Shown here piece after piece: positions 25,325-34,487 of a stretch of DNA of 64,000 nucleotides. Position numbers and translations under genes: made by a program. The notes under the pieces were generated by a model, which ran no database searches, was not told the origin of the DNA, and was given only the letters and a program-made list of their open reading frames with translations. The stretch is from a virus, in IMG/VR virus record IMGVR_UViG_3300042865_000182, positions 1-64,000 of that record; one strand, 5' to 3'. Position 1 is the stretch's first letter, and the number at the start of each line of letters is the position of its first letter.

Positions 25325-26941
25325 ATGGCAACTCCAGTTTTAAACAATGGTATATTTCTACGAGATACCGCGTACAATGCTACGTCACATGTAGACTCTT
25401 ACCACTTGGTTAACATGTTGAAGGATGCAGAACCAATGGACTTAGGTCCAGTAGACCTATGGGCTATGGCTCAGAAGGTGGAAATGCCTCTTTACCAAAT
25501 GTCTAGCTTTGGTGGTAAAAATGTAATTATGGTTGATAATGCTCGTGGTGAGTATAAGTGGCAGACTCCAGTGTCTGTAGACTTACCTTACATCCTTGAG
25601 GATATTGAACCAGAAAACAACTTTAAAGGTATTGAAGGAACAACCTTCCGTATCAAGCTTAACAGACGTGAGTTTGGACATGGTGATATCATCACTTATG
25701 ACAAATATAACGGAGTTGAGATGTACATTACTGCTGAAGATATCCTTCCATTAGGAGATGGATACATCTATACAGTACAGTTGGTAAACAATGACAACTT
25801 TAAATACTTGGATAACAAGTACTTGGCTAATGGTACTAAAGTTTTCCGTAAAGGTTCTGCCCGTGGAGAATATGGTGAAAGATTTTCAGATATCACAACA
25901 AGAACAGGATTCCGTGAATTCTATAACTTTGTTGGTGGTGCTGAAGCTCACGTACATTATTCTATCTCTAGCCGTGCTGACTTGATGATCAAAGGTGGTA
26001 TGAATGCAGATGGTACAGTTCCTGTAACTGAGATCTGGAGAACATTTGACAAATCTGTTGATCCATCAATCACTTCTTTGGAAGACATGGTTAAAGTTCT
26101 TGGAAAAGATAAAGTTAAAAAAGCATTTGATAACGGAGACTTATCACGTACTTTCTTAACTACAATGGAAGCTGCTCACTTAACTAAAATTGCTTCTGAT
26201 ATTGAGACTTACTTAATGTGGGGACAAGGAGGTAGAGTGCGTCAAGATGGTCCAGATGATCTAAGATTATCTGTGGGTCTTTGGAAGCAGTTGGATAACT
26301 CATTCAAAAGAGTATACAACAAAAATAACTTTACATTAGATTTATTCCGTGGAGAGATCTACAACTTCTTCAATGGTAAAGTTGAGTTCCAAGGTCCAGA
26401 TCCTAAGCGTTCACTAGTAGTACAAACTGGTATGGGTGGTATGAGAATGGTAAATGAAGCTATTAAGCGTGAGGCTGTATCTTCAGGTTTACTTATCCAG
26501 GCTGCTGATATTGGTGCTATCACTGGTAAAGGTATGGACTTGAACTTTGGATTTGCTTACACTTCATATGTAATTCCATTCTTGGCAAATGTTAAGTTTG
26601 TTCTTAACCCAGCATTTGACAATGTTCATACAAATGATATTGAGAACCCAATCATTGATGGTTTCCCATTATCTTCTTACTCATTCATTATCTTTGATAT
26701 TACAGATAACACTAATGACAACATCTACTTGTTGAAGTTATCTTGGGATAATCAATTGAAGTGGTGGTATCAAAATGGTACTATGGATTATATGGGCCGT
26801 TCTCAAGGATTCCAGTCTTCTGGACAATTCAACGGATACCGTGTGATGATGTCTCAAACAATGCCAGCTATCTGGGTTAAGGATCCAACTAAAGTCCTTA
26901 AGATTGTTATGAGAAACCCAATCACTGGTGGATCATTCTAA
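25325..26941 (+). CDS. Major capsid protein
   Basis: 538 aa; position; distinct codon usage (frequent CGT, TTC, AAC) suggesting high expression; strong terminator follows. Confidence 0.85.
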   Translation: MATPVLNNGIFLRDTAYNATSHVDSYHLVNMLKDAEPMDLGPVDLWAMAQKVEMPLYQMSSFGGKNVIMVDNARGEYKWQTPVSVDLPYILEDIEPENNFKGIEGTTFRIKLNRREFGHGDIITYDKYNGVEMYITAEDILPLGDGYIYTVQLVNNDNFKYLDNKYLANGTKVFRKGSARGEYGERFSDITTRTGFREFYNFVGGAEAHVHYSISSRADLMIKGGMNADGTVPVTEIWRTFDKSVDPSITSLEDMVKVLGKDKVKKAFDNGDLSRTFLTTMEAAHLTKIASDIETYLMWGQGGRVRQDGPDDLRLSVGLWKQLDNSFKRVYNKNNFTLDLFRGEIYNFFNGKVEFQGPDPKRSLVVQTGMGGMRMVNEAIKREAVSSGLLIQAADIGAITGKGMDLNFGFAYTSYVIPFLANVKFVLNPAFDNVHTNDIENPIIDGFPLSSYSFIIFDITDNTNDNIYLLKLSWDNQLKWWYQNGTMDYMGRSQGFQSSGQFNGYRVMMSQTMPAIWVKDPTKVLKIVMRNPITGGSF

Positions 26942-26957
26942 TCCAAATCTATATATA

Positions 26958-26987
26958 CAGGGAGGGGGAAACTCCTCCCTTTTTTTT
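26958..26987 (+). terminator. Intrinsic terminator after MCP
   Basis: AGGGAGG/CCTCCCT stem plus T8. Confidence 0.85.
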
Positions 26988-27019
26988 AAAATTTAATAAC
27001 CAACAAAATAAAAACCAAC

Positions 27020-28039
27020 ATGGAAACACAATTTACAATGGTAGAAACCGGCAAGGGGACTGTTAAACAAACATCTATTGCCGTACGTCCGTTCTTTGAC
27101 AACTCAGCTTCTAATATGGGATTAGAAACTTATGGTATCTCTCTCTTTGATGGAGTAACTCATAATGAGCAACTTGCTTGTTTAGAAAACAATGGTGTAG
27201 TAAGATATATCACTGGTCTAAATGAATTTGCTCCAGAGATTAAGTTACTTAATCCGGAAGATAGAGAAGCTAGAGTAAGAGAAATAAGATCTGCAATAGT
27301 TGAACTTGAAAAAGAGTTAGCTGCAAATGTTATTGAGATAGATGATCCACAGTTTTGGAATAAGGTAAAATTACTTAAACCTGATAATGCAGAGTTTTGG
27401 AATAAGATATCTATATCTTGTAGTAATGAACCTTTATTCTTAGATCCAAAGGATCCATATGATAGAATTAAACTATATGCTATTGAAGCAGGTGGTTTTT
27501 CTATTGTAGCAAAAAGTTTTGATGATGCTAGATCAAAAGCAGTTCCACCTAAGTTTTATTTAGATAAAGAAGAGGAAACTGTTATGTATAGAACAGAGTA
27601 CAAAAAACTCCGTAACAAAGCATTGTCAGAATTACAAAAATTATTTGACAAAAACAGTACTAAGTTATTCTACATTGCAAAAGTTGTAGATATCAACAGT
27701 ACACAATATAAGAGATCAACTCCATTAGATATTATCTATGAAAATATGGATAGACATATCAATGGTGAGGGTGGAGAAACCAACAAAGAAAGAGCTGCAA
27801 AATCCTTCATGGAGACTGCAACTTTAGATATGGAAACACTAAAAATTAAATCAATTGTTAGAGATTCCGTTTTTTTTAAGTATATTATTAATAAGGCAGA
27901 TGGATATATATACCATGCTAAGTCTAATAGCTTACTTGGTAGAAATGTTTCTGATGTTGTTGAGTTCTTGAAAAACCCTTTAAATGAGGACCTTTTAAAA
28001 GATCTTAACCTTGCCTGTGAAAAGTATTGGAACTCTTAA
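27020..28039 (+). CDS. Morphogenesis-module protein (gene following MCP)
   Basis: 339 aa; synteny with crAss-like capsid modules. Confidence 0.65.
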   Translation: METQFTMVETGKGTVKQTSIAVRPFFDNSASNMGLETYGISLFDGVTHNEQLACLENNGVVRYITGLNEFAPEIKLLNPEDREARVREIRSAIVELEKELAANVIEIDDPQFWNKVKLLKPDNAEFWNKISISCSNEPLFLDPKDPYDRIKLYAIEAGGFSIVAKSFDDARSKAVPPKFYLDKEEETVMYRTEYKKLRNKALSELQKLFDKNSTKLFYIAKVVDINSTQYKRSTPLDIIYENMDRHINGEGGETNKERAAKSFMETATLDMETLKIKSIVRDSVFFKYIINKADGYIYHAKSNSLLGRNVSDVVEFLKNPLNEDLLKDLNLACEKYWNS

Positions 28040-28051
28040 AATAAAAATAAA

Positions 28052-28237
28052 ATGAAAACTAAACTTACAAAAGCAAGTAAGGGTGTAATAGTTAAAGCTA
28101 ATGGTAATATGCCAGTAGATAAAACACCTGGATCTAAAGGTGTTAAATCTGGAGTTAATCCTAAAGCTTCTGCATCTAAAACTGCTAAGAAACCTTCTAA
28201 GTCAAGAAGCAAAGCTCCTAAAAAAGCTACACCATAA
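28052..28237 (+). CDS. Small Lys-rich protein
   Basis: ORF track; histone-tail-like composition. Confidence 0.65.
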   Translation: MKTKLTKASKGVIVKANGNMPVDKTPGSKGVKSGVNPKASASKTAKKPSKSRSKAPKKATP

Positions 28238-28248
28238 AATAATTTAAA

Positions 28249-28587
28249 ATGCCAAAGGATTCTTGCTATCATAGTGTAAAAGCACGGTATGCCGTGTTCC
28301 CTTCAGCAAGGGCTTCTCAAGCTATTGCCAAATGCCGTAAAGGTAAAGGGCAAGTTAGGAAGACTGAGAAAGGAACAGAGCTAAAAAGATGGCAAGCTGA
28401 GAAATGGCAAGATACAAAATCTGGAAAACCTTGTGGTGCCGGTGGTAAAAATGAATACTGCCGGCCTACAAAAAAGGTGTCAAGTAAGACACCAAAAACT
28501 AAGTATGAATTAACTCCTTCTAAACTAGCTGCTAAGAAAGCTGAAAAGTCTAGAGTAGGTATGGGAAGAAGAGTATCAAAAGCATAA
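28249..28587 (+). CDS. Small basic protein (DUF5872-like)
   Basis: LKRWQAEKWQD...KPCG....YCRP.KKVSSKTPKT. Confidence 0.65.
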   Translation: MPKDSCYHSVKARYAVFPSARASQAIAKCRKGKGQVRKTEKGTELKRWQAEKWQDTKSGKPCGAGGKNEYCRPTKKVSSKTPKTKYELTPSKLAAKKAEKSRVGMGRRVSKA

Positions 28588-28589
28588 TT

Positions 28590-29009
28590 ATGGCAACAAT
28601 AAAAACAAAAAAACCAGTTAAAAAATTAGTTAAAGCTAAAGCAGGTATGGAAACAAAAGGACCTGGTGATAGATTAAGAAATTTATATAATAAAGCACTT
28701 GGAAGAAAAACATCTACTGTATCTGTTGATTATGAAGTAGATGGAAAAAATGTACCATTTACAGGAACTGTGACTGAAGGTAAACGTAAAGCAATTATGA
28801 ATGTTTCTAATCCAGAATATGGCTCAACCAAATCTGTAGACAGATTTAATAAAAGAGGTGCTTTAAAAAGCCAAAGGATTGTTGATAGAGACACTAGTGG
28901 TAAAAAAATTAAAGTAACAAAAAATAAGGTTGATAAATCAGGAAATATTCAGAGCTCAGTTCCATTCCAAAGAAAAAAAGGTGGAGCAGTAAAATCTAAA
29001 AAGAAATAG
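28590..29009 (+). CDS. Small Lys-rich protein ending RKKGGAVKSKKK
   Basis: ORF track. Confidence 0.75.
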   Translation: MATIKTKKPVKKLVKAKAGMETKGPGDRLRNLYNKALGRKTSTVSVDYEVDGKNVPFTGTVTEGKRKAIMNVSNPEYGSTKSVDRFNKRGALKSQRIVDRDTSGKKIKVTKNKVDKSGNIQSSVPFQRKKGGAVKSKKK

Positions 29010-29010
29010 T

Positions 29011-29253
29011 ATGGCAACCAAGAAAACAACAACTAAAAAAGCACCAGCTAAGAAAGCAAGTACTACAAGTATATCTATTGGACTTGGTGGTAATAAAGCT
29101 GAGATGAGAAAATGGGAAATTGAATCTGCTGTATCTACATTACAAAGAGCTGCTGAGATTCAAAAGAATGCTAAGCTAATGGCTGATGTAAAAAAGATGG
29201 CTGCTGAAAAAGCAAAAGAGTTCAGTAGTATTGCTGCTGGTAAAAAGATTTAA
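29011..29253 (+). CDS. Small Lys/Ala-rich protein
   Basis: ORF track. Confidence 0.75.
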   Translation: MATKKTTTKKAPAKKASTTSISIGLGGNKAEMRKWEIESAVSTLQRAAEIQKNAKLMADVKKMAAEKAKEFSSIAAGKKI

Positions 29254-29255
29254 TC

Positions 29256-29546
29256 ATGGCACAGGCAAAAACTAAGAAAGTAAAAGTTATTGCCGGTGGT
29301 GAAAAACATGTAGTATATAAAAAGACTACAAAAAAAGGTGAGGGAAAGGTTGGCCACATAATGGTCAACCATCCTACCAAAGATAAAGGACAGTGGGATA
29401 CTATAGACTTAACTGCAAAAGGAAGAGCAAAAACAATTAAGCAAGGAGTAGCAGCTACAAAGAAATGGCATAAAGATAACCCGGACTATAAATATAAAGG
29501 TAAAGGAAATGGCAAAAACAGCAGCGTGGACAAGAAAAGAAGGTAA
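29256..29546 (+). CDS. Small basic protein
   Basis: ORF track. Confidence 0.75.
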   Translation: MAQAKTKKVKVIAGGEKHVVYKKTTKKGEGKVGHIMVNHPTKDKGQWDTIDLTAKGRAKTIKQGVAATKKWHKDNPDYKYKGKGNGKNSSVDKKRR

Positions 29547-29781
29547 GAATCCAACAGGAGGTCTTAATGCTAAAGGAGTAGCTAGTTACAGAGCAGCTAA
29601 TCCTGGTAGTAAACTTCAGACAGCTGTAACTACTAAACCTTCTAAATTAAAACCTGGGAGTAAAGATGCTAAAAGAAGAAAATCTTTTTGTGCTAGAATG
29701 TCTGGGATGCCTGGACCTATGAAAGATGAAAAAGGAAGACCTACAAGAAAGGCTCTTTCACTTAGAAAATGGAATTGTTAA
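29509..29781 (+). CDS. Small basic protein (DUF6321-like)
   Basis: KEGKNPTGGLNAKG.ASY....PGSKL...RRKSFCARM...SLRKWNC. Confidence 0.75.
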   Translation: MAKTAAWTRKEGKNPTGGLNAKGVASYRAANPGSKLQTAVTTKPSKLKPGSKDAKRRKSFCARMSGMPGPMKDEKGRPTRKALSLRKWNC

Positions 29782-29793
29782 AATATATATAAA

Positions 29794-30189
29794 ATGAAAA
29801 CTTGTAAATACGGTTGTGGTAAAATGAAATCTGGTAGTAAGGTTGCTACTGATAAGAAAATGAAAACTGGTGGTAACACTGGTGGTTATGCTCCAGCTCA
29901 AAAAGGTGGTGATAATGTTAAGATGGGAATATATGGTATTCCTAATGCTGGTAGAACAGATTCATTAGGATTTAAAAAAGGTGGTTCAACTACATCTCGT
30001 GCCGTAAAAACTTCATGTAAAGGTGGTTTAGTTACAGATTTTGATGGTAAATGTGTAACAGAAAGAAAAATGAAAAGTGGTGGTCCATTAAAACCAGTAC
30101 CTGCAGGTAAAGTTGGCTTATCAAAATTACCTATTGCTGTAAGAAATAAAATGGGTTATGCTAAAAAAGGTGGTATTAAAAAAAGATAA
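29794..30189 (+). CDS. Small basic protein with multiple xKxGG motifs
   Basis: MKTGG, AQKGG, FKKGG, SCKGG, MKSGG, AKKGG. Confidence 0.75.
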   Translation: MKTCKYGCGKMKSGSKVATDKKMKTGGNTGGYAPAQKGGDNVKMGIYGIPNAGRTDSLGFKKGGSTTSRAVKTSCKGGLVTDFDGKCVTERKMKSGGPLKPVPAGKVGLSKLPIAVRNKMGYAKKGGIKKR

Positions 30190-30191
30190 TC

Positions 30192-30365
30192 ATGGCAACC
30201 AAAAAGAAGTCAGATAAAAAGTGGATGCAAAAAGTTTCAGCCTCTATTGAACGTAGAGGTACTGCTGGAAAATGTACTCCAATAACTAAACCTGGTTGCA
30301 CTGGTAAAGCTAAAACATTAGCACTAACTTTTAAGAAAATAGCAAAAGCTAATAAAAAGAAATAA
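30192..30365 (+). CDS. Small basic protein (57 aa)
   Basis: Read manually: MATKKKSDKKWMQKVSASIERRGTAGKCTPITKPGCTGKAKTLALTFKKIAKANKKK*. Confidence 0.7.
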   Translation: MATKKKSDKKWMQKVSASIERRGTAGKCTPITKPGCTGKAKTLALTFKKIAKANKKK

Positions 30366-30367
30366 CT

Positions 30368-30784
30368 ATGAAGAAGACTAATAAAGAAAATCCTATTACT
30401 ACATTTAGAAAAGCTAATGAAGCTAGACAAGCTGTAGTAAAGAAGTCTTTGAAGAAAGCTCAAGATGGTATTCAGATGAATTCAACAGACGGGACAAAAC
30501 CACCAGGACCCCCTTCAAATACAATAGGTGCTAACTTTGGTGTAGGTAACTTTAGTGGTGGAGTTCAAAGTAATTTGTCTGATGGTAGATTATCAAATAC
30601 AATGCTTAATGCAGCATACAATAATCCAAAAGGTTTTGGAGCAAATGTATCTTATTCACCTCAATCTAAACAAGTTAATGCAGGTCTTAATTATAATACT
30701 ACAGTAGGTAAAAATAAAATACCATTAAAATTAGGGATTACTTATAATAAAACAGGAGGTTCTGTAAAAAGAAAAAAGAAATAA
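30368..30784 (+). CDS. Basic protein with amphipathic beta-strand core
   Basis: ORF track; ends YNKTGGSVKRKKK. Confidence 0.75.
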   Translation: MKKTNKENPITTFRKANEARQAVVKKSLKKAQDGIQMNSTDGTKPPGPPSNTIGANFGVGNFSGGVQSNLSDGRLSNTMLNAAYNNPKGFGANVSYSPQSKQVNAGLNYNTTVGKNKIPLKLGITYNKTGGSVKRKKK

Positions 30785-30787
30785 GAC

Positions 30788-31486
30788 ATGCTTAACAGTA
30801 CTATTACCATAAAGATTAAACAACGTCTAAATAAGTTAGACAGTCAAGATTATGATAATCTTGAGTGCTGGCAGATTGTAGAAGGTTTTAATAAAGCTCA
30901 GGTAGAATGGGTTAGAAGACAGCTTCATGGTATTAACCTAGTTAAAGAAGGTGATGAGCAATCTACTAGAAGAAAGGATGACTTGCAAGTACTATTATCT
31001 ACATATGATTTAACTCTTACAGATAAAGAAATATATTATGAATCTGTGCTTCCGCAAGAATATCTTCAGTGGAAAAGAGTAGATGTCTTTGCTAATAAAG
31101 AATGCTGTGATAAAAGAAGAATGACTGTGTATCTTGCTGAAGAAGGTAACTTAAATCAGTTACTTAGAGATGATGCAAAAAAACCTAGTTTTGAATGGGC
31201 AGAGACTTTTGCCACTTTAAAAGGTAATAAAGTAAATGTATATACTAACAATACTTTTAATATTCAAAAAGCAGATTTAGTATATTACAGACAGCCTGTT
31301 AAAATTCAAATCCAAGGTTGTGTGGATCCTTATACTAATGTAGCTTCTGCAAATGAAGTACTATGTGAGTTTAAAGATGATATAATAGAATTAATAATAG
31401 ATGAAGCAGTAAGTATACTTGCAGGAGATATTGAATCTACAAATCAATTCTCTAGAGGTACAGAAACTGCTGAACGTAACAACTAA
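30788..31486 (+). CDS. Putative head-tail connector (ring) protein
   Basis: 232 aa; FNKAQ...Y.RQP...ELIIDEAV pattern and synteny with crAss-like ring proteins. Confidence 0.6.
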   Translation: MLNSTITIKIKQRLNKLDSQDYDNLECWQIVEGFNKAQVEWVRRQLHGINLVKEGDEQSTRRKDDLQVLLSTYDLTLTDKEIYYESVLPQEYLQWKRVDVFANKECCDKRRMTVYLAEEGNLNQLLRDDAKKPSFEWAETFATLKGNKVNVYTNNTFNIQKADLVYYRQPVKIQIQGCVDPYTNVASANEVLCEFKDDIIELIIDEAVSILAGDIESTNQFSRGTETAERNN

Positions 31487-31491
31487 AAACA

Positions 31492-32004
31492 ATGGCAACA
31501 AGAATGTTAAAAAGAAATCCTGAACCTGCTAGAACAATCAGTAGACCAGAAGTAACTGTAACACAACCTAAAGAAGAACCAGCTAAACCACAGCCAACTC
31601 CGGATACAGGTGTAGGCGGTAGTTCATTAGATAATATGGTAGCTGCATGTGCAATGGAATTTATGAATGCTAGAAATAGTTTTCACAAGCTCCATTTAAA
31701 AGTAAAAGGAGAAGGATCTTATGCTGCTCATATTGCTCTTGGAGATTTCTATGATGGTTTACCAGGACAGGCTGATACACTTGTAGAAGGTTATCAAGGA
31801 GTTTCTGAAAAACTATTGACAATAAAAGATGTAGCACCAAGAACATTAGATACTGTAGCAGATGGTGTATCATATCTTAGAGATCTGTATGCTATGATAA
31901 ACAAACTTCAGGGGATGTTACCTTATTCAGAGATAGTAAATAACCTAGACTTAGTTAAGGATTCTATTAATTCTACTAAGTACAAATTACTTTTCTTGAA
32001 ATAA
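31492..32004 (+). CDS. Ferritin/Dps-like protein
   Basis: HKLHL...SYAAHIALGDFYD....D.LVEGYQG...N.LD......TKYKL. Confidence 0.75.
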   Translation: MATRMLKRNPEPARTISRPEVTVTQPKEEPAKPQPTPDTGVGGSSLDNMVAACAMEFMNARNSFHKLHLKVKGEGSYAAHIALGDFYDGLPGQADTLVEGYQGVSEKLLTIKDVAPRTLDTVADGVSYLRDLYAMINKLQGMLPYSEIVNNLDLVKDSINSTKYKLLFLK

Positions 32005-32070
32005 ATTTTGTTATTTCAAAAACTTTTACTATATTATAGTATATATTTATAAACTAAAAAACAAAAAACA

Positions 32071-33654
32071 ATGAGTTATTTTAATCATGCCTTTAGAAAA
32101 ACCTTTGTGGGAACCATAGGAGGTTATACTGCTCTTGATGGGGGTCAGTTAGGAACTACTGGGAATATTTTTCCTGGTGGATCATTTGGGTTTGTTAATC
32201 CTAGAAACAATTGGAATATAGTTCCAACAACTTATAATGCTGAAACAGTTGGTTGTTGTAACCTTATCCTTGCTGCAGGTTCAATTTATCAGAATGATAA
32301 AATTGGTCCTTTCCATGGAGGATATACAGAATCTAACAAATCTAAGGAAATCAATCCAAGATATGTAAACAAATTCTACCGTGTAGATCCATGTTTACCA
32401 CAAAATGAAGTAGTACACGTTGGTAACACAGCTTGGACTGATAGCGTTGCATTATCATTATCTACAGCTGGTGCTGGTGATCCAGGTGCTAACTTAGTTG
32501 ATGGTGTATATACAGACATTCCTTTATCTGGTGCAGGTACTGGATTAGTAGTTAATATCACTGTAGTAGGTGGTGAAGTTACTTTTGTAGAAATTGTAAA
32601 TGGTGGTTCAGATTGGACAACAGCTGATACAGCTACAACCAATGATGAACTTATTCCTGAAGATGGTGATGGTACACAACCTATATTTGTTGTAACAGCT
32701 GGTGTTGGTGCTAACTGTTGTAAAGAATTTTTCTGTGGTGAGACTTATACATTACGTGTTGATGTTAAAGGTTCTCCTGCATTAAGATTACTTAACCACA
32801 ACTCTTACATCATTGCTTCTGCATATGGTGGATGTTGTCCAGAAGGTGCAATTGCTCCAGTAGTAATTGACTCTACATTAATCTTCAAACAATGGGCTGA
32901 AGCTATTACTAGATATCCAGTTATCTCTCCATTCATGCAAATCATCTTAGTTGATGAGACAGGTACTCCTTGGTATGCACCAGGAACAGATCCTGCTTTC
33001 TTAGCTAGTCTTCCTGTTCCAGCTGATACTTGGGATCATTATGTATCTCCAGGACACACTCCTGATGGTTGTGCTGGTTTAGTTCTTAACGGAGCTTATG
33101 TAGATACTAAATTCCAAAACTGTACATTCCAAATCACTGACTTCTATGAAGTAGAACCAGTTAGATTATATGTATCTGAAATGGACTTAAATGGTGATCC
33201 ATGTTTGTTCAACGGAGTATGTGTAGTTAAAGAATGTGAAGGAAGACAAGTAATGGGATTAGGTGAGTCAGTTGCAAGAGATGTTATTTTATCTGAGCAA
33301 TACAGACAAAACTTCTTCCACTCAGACTTCCGTATCCGTGAGATTACACAAGGATACAGTGTGTTTGATTTCATCAACCGTAACACTTTGTATACAAGAT
33401 ACTTTATCCAACACAATGTACCACGTTTCAATAACCCAACTAGTACATTTGATAATGACCAATACTTGTTAGAAGTTATTACTTGTGGTCAACAAACTGT
33501 CTTTGAAGACTTTGTAAATGATTGGTTAGGAACTTGCTCTCAATGTACTGGTCTTGAAGTTGAAGGTTGTGTTGAACCAGTTTGTGAACCAGTTTACTTG
33601 TTCCCAGTTTTAACAACAAACTTCACTCCTAACGTAACAGAGTTCTGTGATTAA
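32071..33654 (+). CDS. Abundant virion protein (auxiliary capsid/decoration candidate), Cys-rich
   Basis: Own late-promoter motif (32030) and terminator; MCP-like codon usage. Confidence 0.6.
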   Translation: MSYFNHAFRKTFVGTIGGYTALDGGQLGTTGNIFPGGSFGFVNPRNNWNIVPTTYNAETVGCCNLILAAGSIYQNDKIGPFHGGYTESNKSKEINPRYVNKFYRVDPCLPQNEVVHVGNTAWTDSVALSLSTAGAGDPGANLVDGVYTDIPLSGAGTGLVVNITVVGGEVTFVEIVNGGSDWTTADTATTNDELIPEDGDGTQPIFVVTAGVGANCCKEFFCGETYTLRVDVKGSPALRLLNHNSYIIASAYGGCCPEGAIAPVVIDSTLIFKQWAEAITRYPVISPFMQIILVDETGTPWYAPGTDPAFLASLPVPADTWDHYVSPGHTPDGCAGLVLNGAYVDTKFQNCTFQITDFYEVEPVRLYVSEMDLNGDPCLFNGVCVVKECEGRQVMGLGESVARDVILSEQYRQNFFHSDFRIREITQGYSVFDFINRNTLYTRYFIQHNVPRFNNPTSTFDNDQYLLEVITCGQQTVFEDFVNDWLGTCSQCTGLEVEGCVEPVCEPVYLFPVLTTNFTPNVTEFCD

Positions 33655-33677
33655 TAGGAATTAAACTATAAACATAA

Positions 33678-33712
33678 AGGGGGAGCCGAGTGTAATACTC
33701 CTCCCCTTTTTT
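33678..33712 (+). terminator. Intrinsic terminator
   Basis: AGGGGGAG...CTCCCCT stem plus T run. Confidence 0.75.
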
Positions 33713-33724
33713 ATTATAAACATC

Positions 33725-34267
33725 ATGGCAAATCATGTATTAAGCTTGGAAGTACCAACAGTAATGAACTCATGTATCATGAAGTTATTTGATACAAGTG
33801 TTTATACACCATTACTTCCCGTAACTTGTCCAACATTAAATATCACTGTACCAGGATTTGGATATTCAGTACAGATAGATACAACTGAAAACTTTGCAGA
33901 GACAATAACTGCATGTGACCTTCAGTTACAAACTGTAGACTGTGGAACTACATATTCAGATATACCAGATGGAATATACATTATAAAATATAGTGTATCT
34001 CCTAATGATCAGGTATATGTAGAATACAATCACATGAGAATTACACAAGCTTTAATAAAGTACAATAAGGTTTTGTGTGATGTAGATGCTGCAGCATGTG
34101 ATCCGCCAGCAGCAATTAAAAAGAAATTAGAAGCTTTGAGATTAATTAATATGTATCTTCAAGCTGCAAAAGCAAAAGTAGAATATTGTCATGAGCCACA
34201 GAAAGGAATGAGCTTGTACAATTATGCACTTAAGCTTTTAAATAAATTAACTTGTACAAATTGTTAA
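33725..34267 (+). CDS. Putative tail structural protein
   Basis: IPDGIYIIKYS motif; Cys-rich helical C-terminus; synteny. Confidence 0.55.
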   Translation: MANHVLSLEVPTVMNSCIMKLFDTSVYTPLLPVTCPTLNITVPGFGYSVQIDTTENFAETITACDLQLQTVDCGTTYSDIPDGIYIIKYSVSPNDQVYVEYNHMRITQALIKYNKVLCDVDAAACDPPAAIKKKLEALRLINMYLQAAKAKVEYCHEPQKGMSLYNYALKLLNKLTCTNC

Positions 34268-34286
34268 ACATTTTAAAACCAACAAA

Positions 34287-34487
34287 ATGAGTAGTTGTCC
34301 TAATTGCGGTGCTAAGTTAAGTTGTGGATGTCAGAAGAGAACACTTCCAAATGGAAAACAAGGATGCAGTAGTTGTGCTACTAAAGCTCAGAAGGTAGCA
34401 ACAGAAACTAAAAAAACTGTTCCAACTGTAAACACAAATACTTGGGGACCAAACAGATATTTAAACTTGAAAAAATTTACTAAATAA
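34287..34487 (+). CDS. Small Cys-rich metal-binding-like protein
   Basis: CPNCGAKLSCGCQ.....GCSSC. Confidence 0.7.
   Translation: MSSCPNCGAKLSCGCQKRTLPNGKQGCSSCATKAQKVATETKKTVPTVNTNTWGPNRYLNLKKFTK

Noticed and set aside
18980-26941. Introns or inteins in TerL, portal or MCP
   Set aside because: ORFs are uninterrupted and of expected size, with no intein or homing-endonuclease motifs noticed
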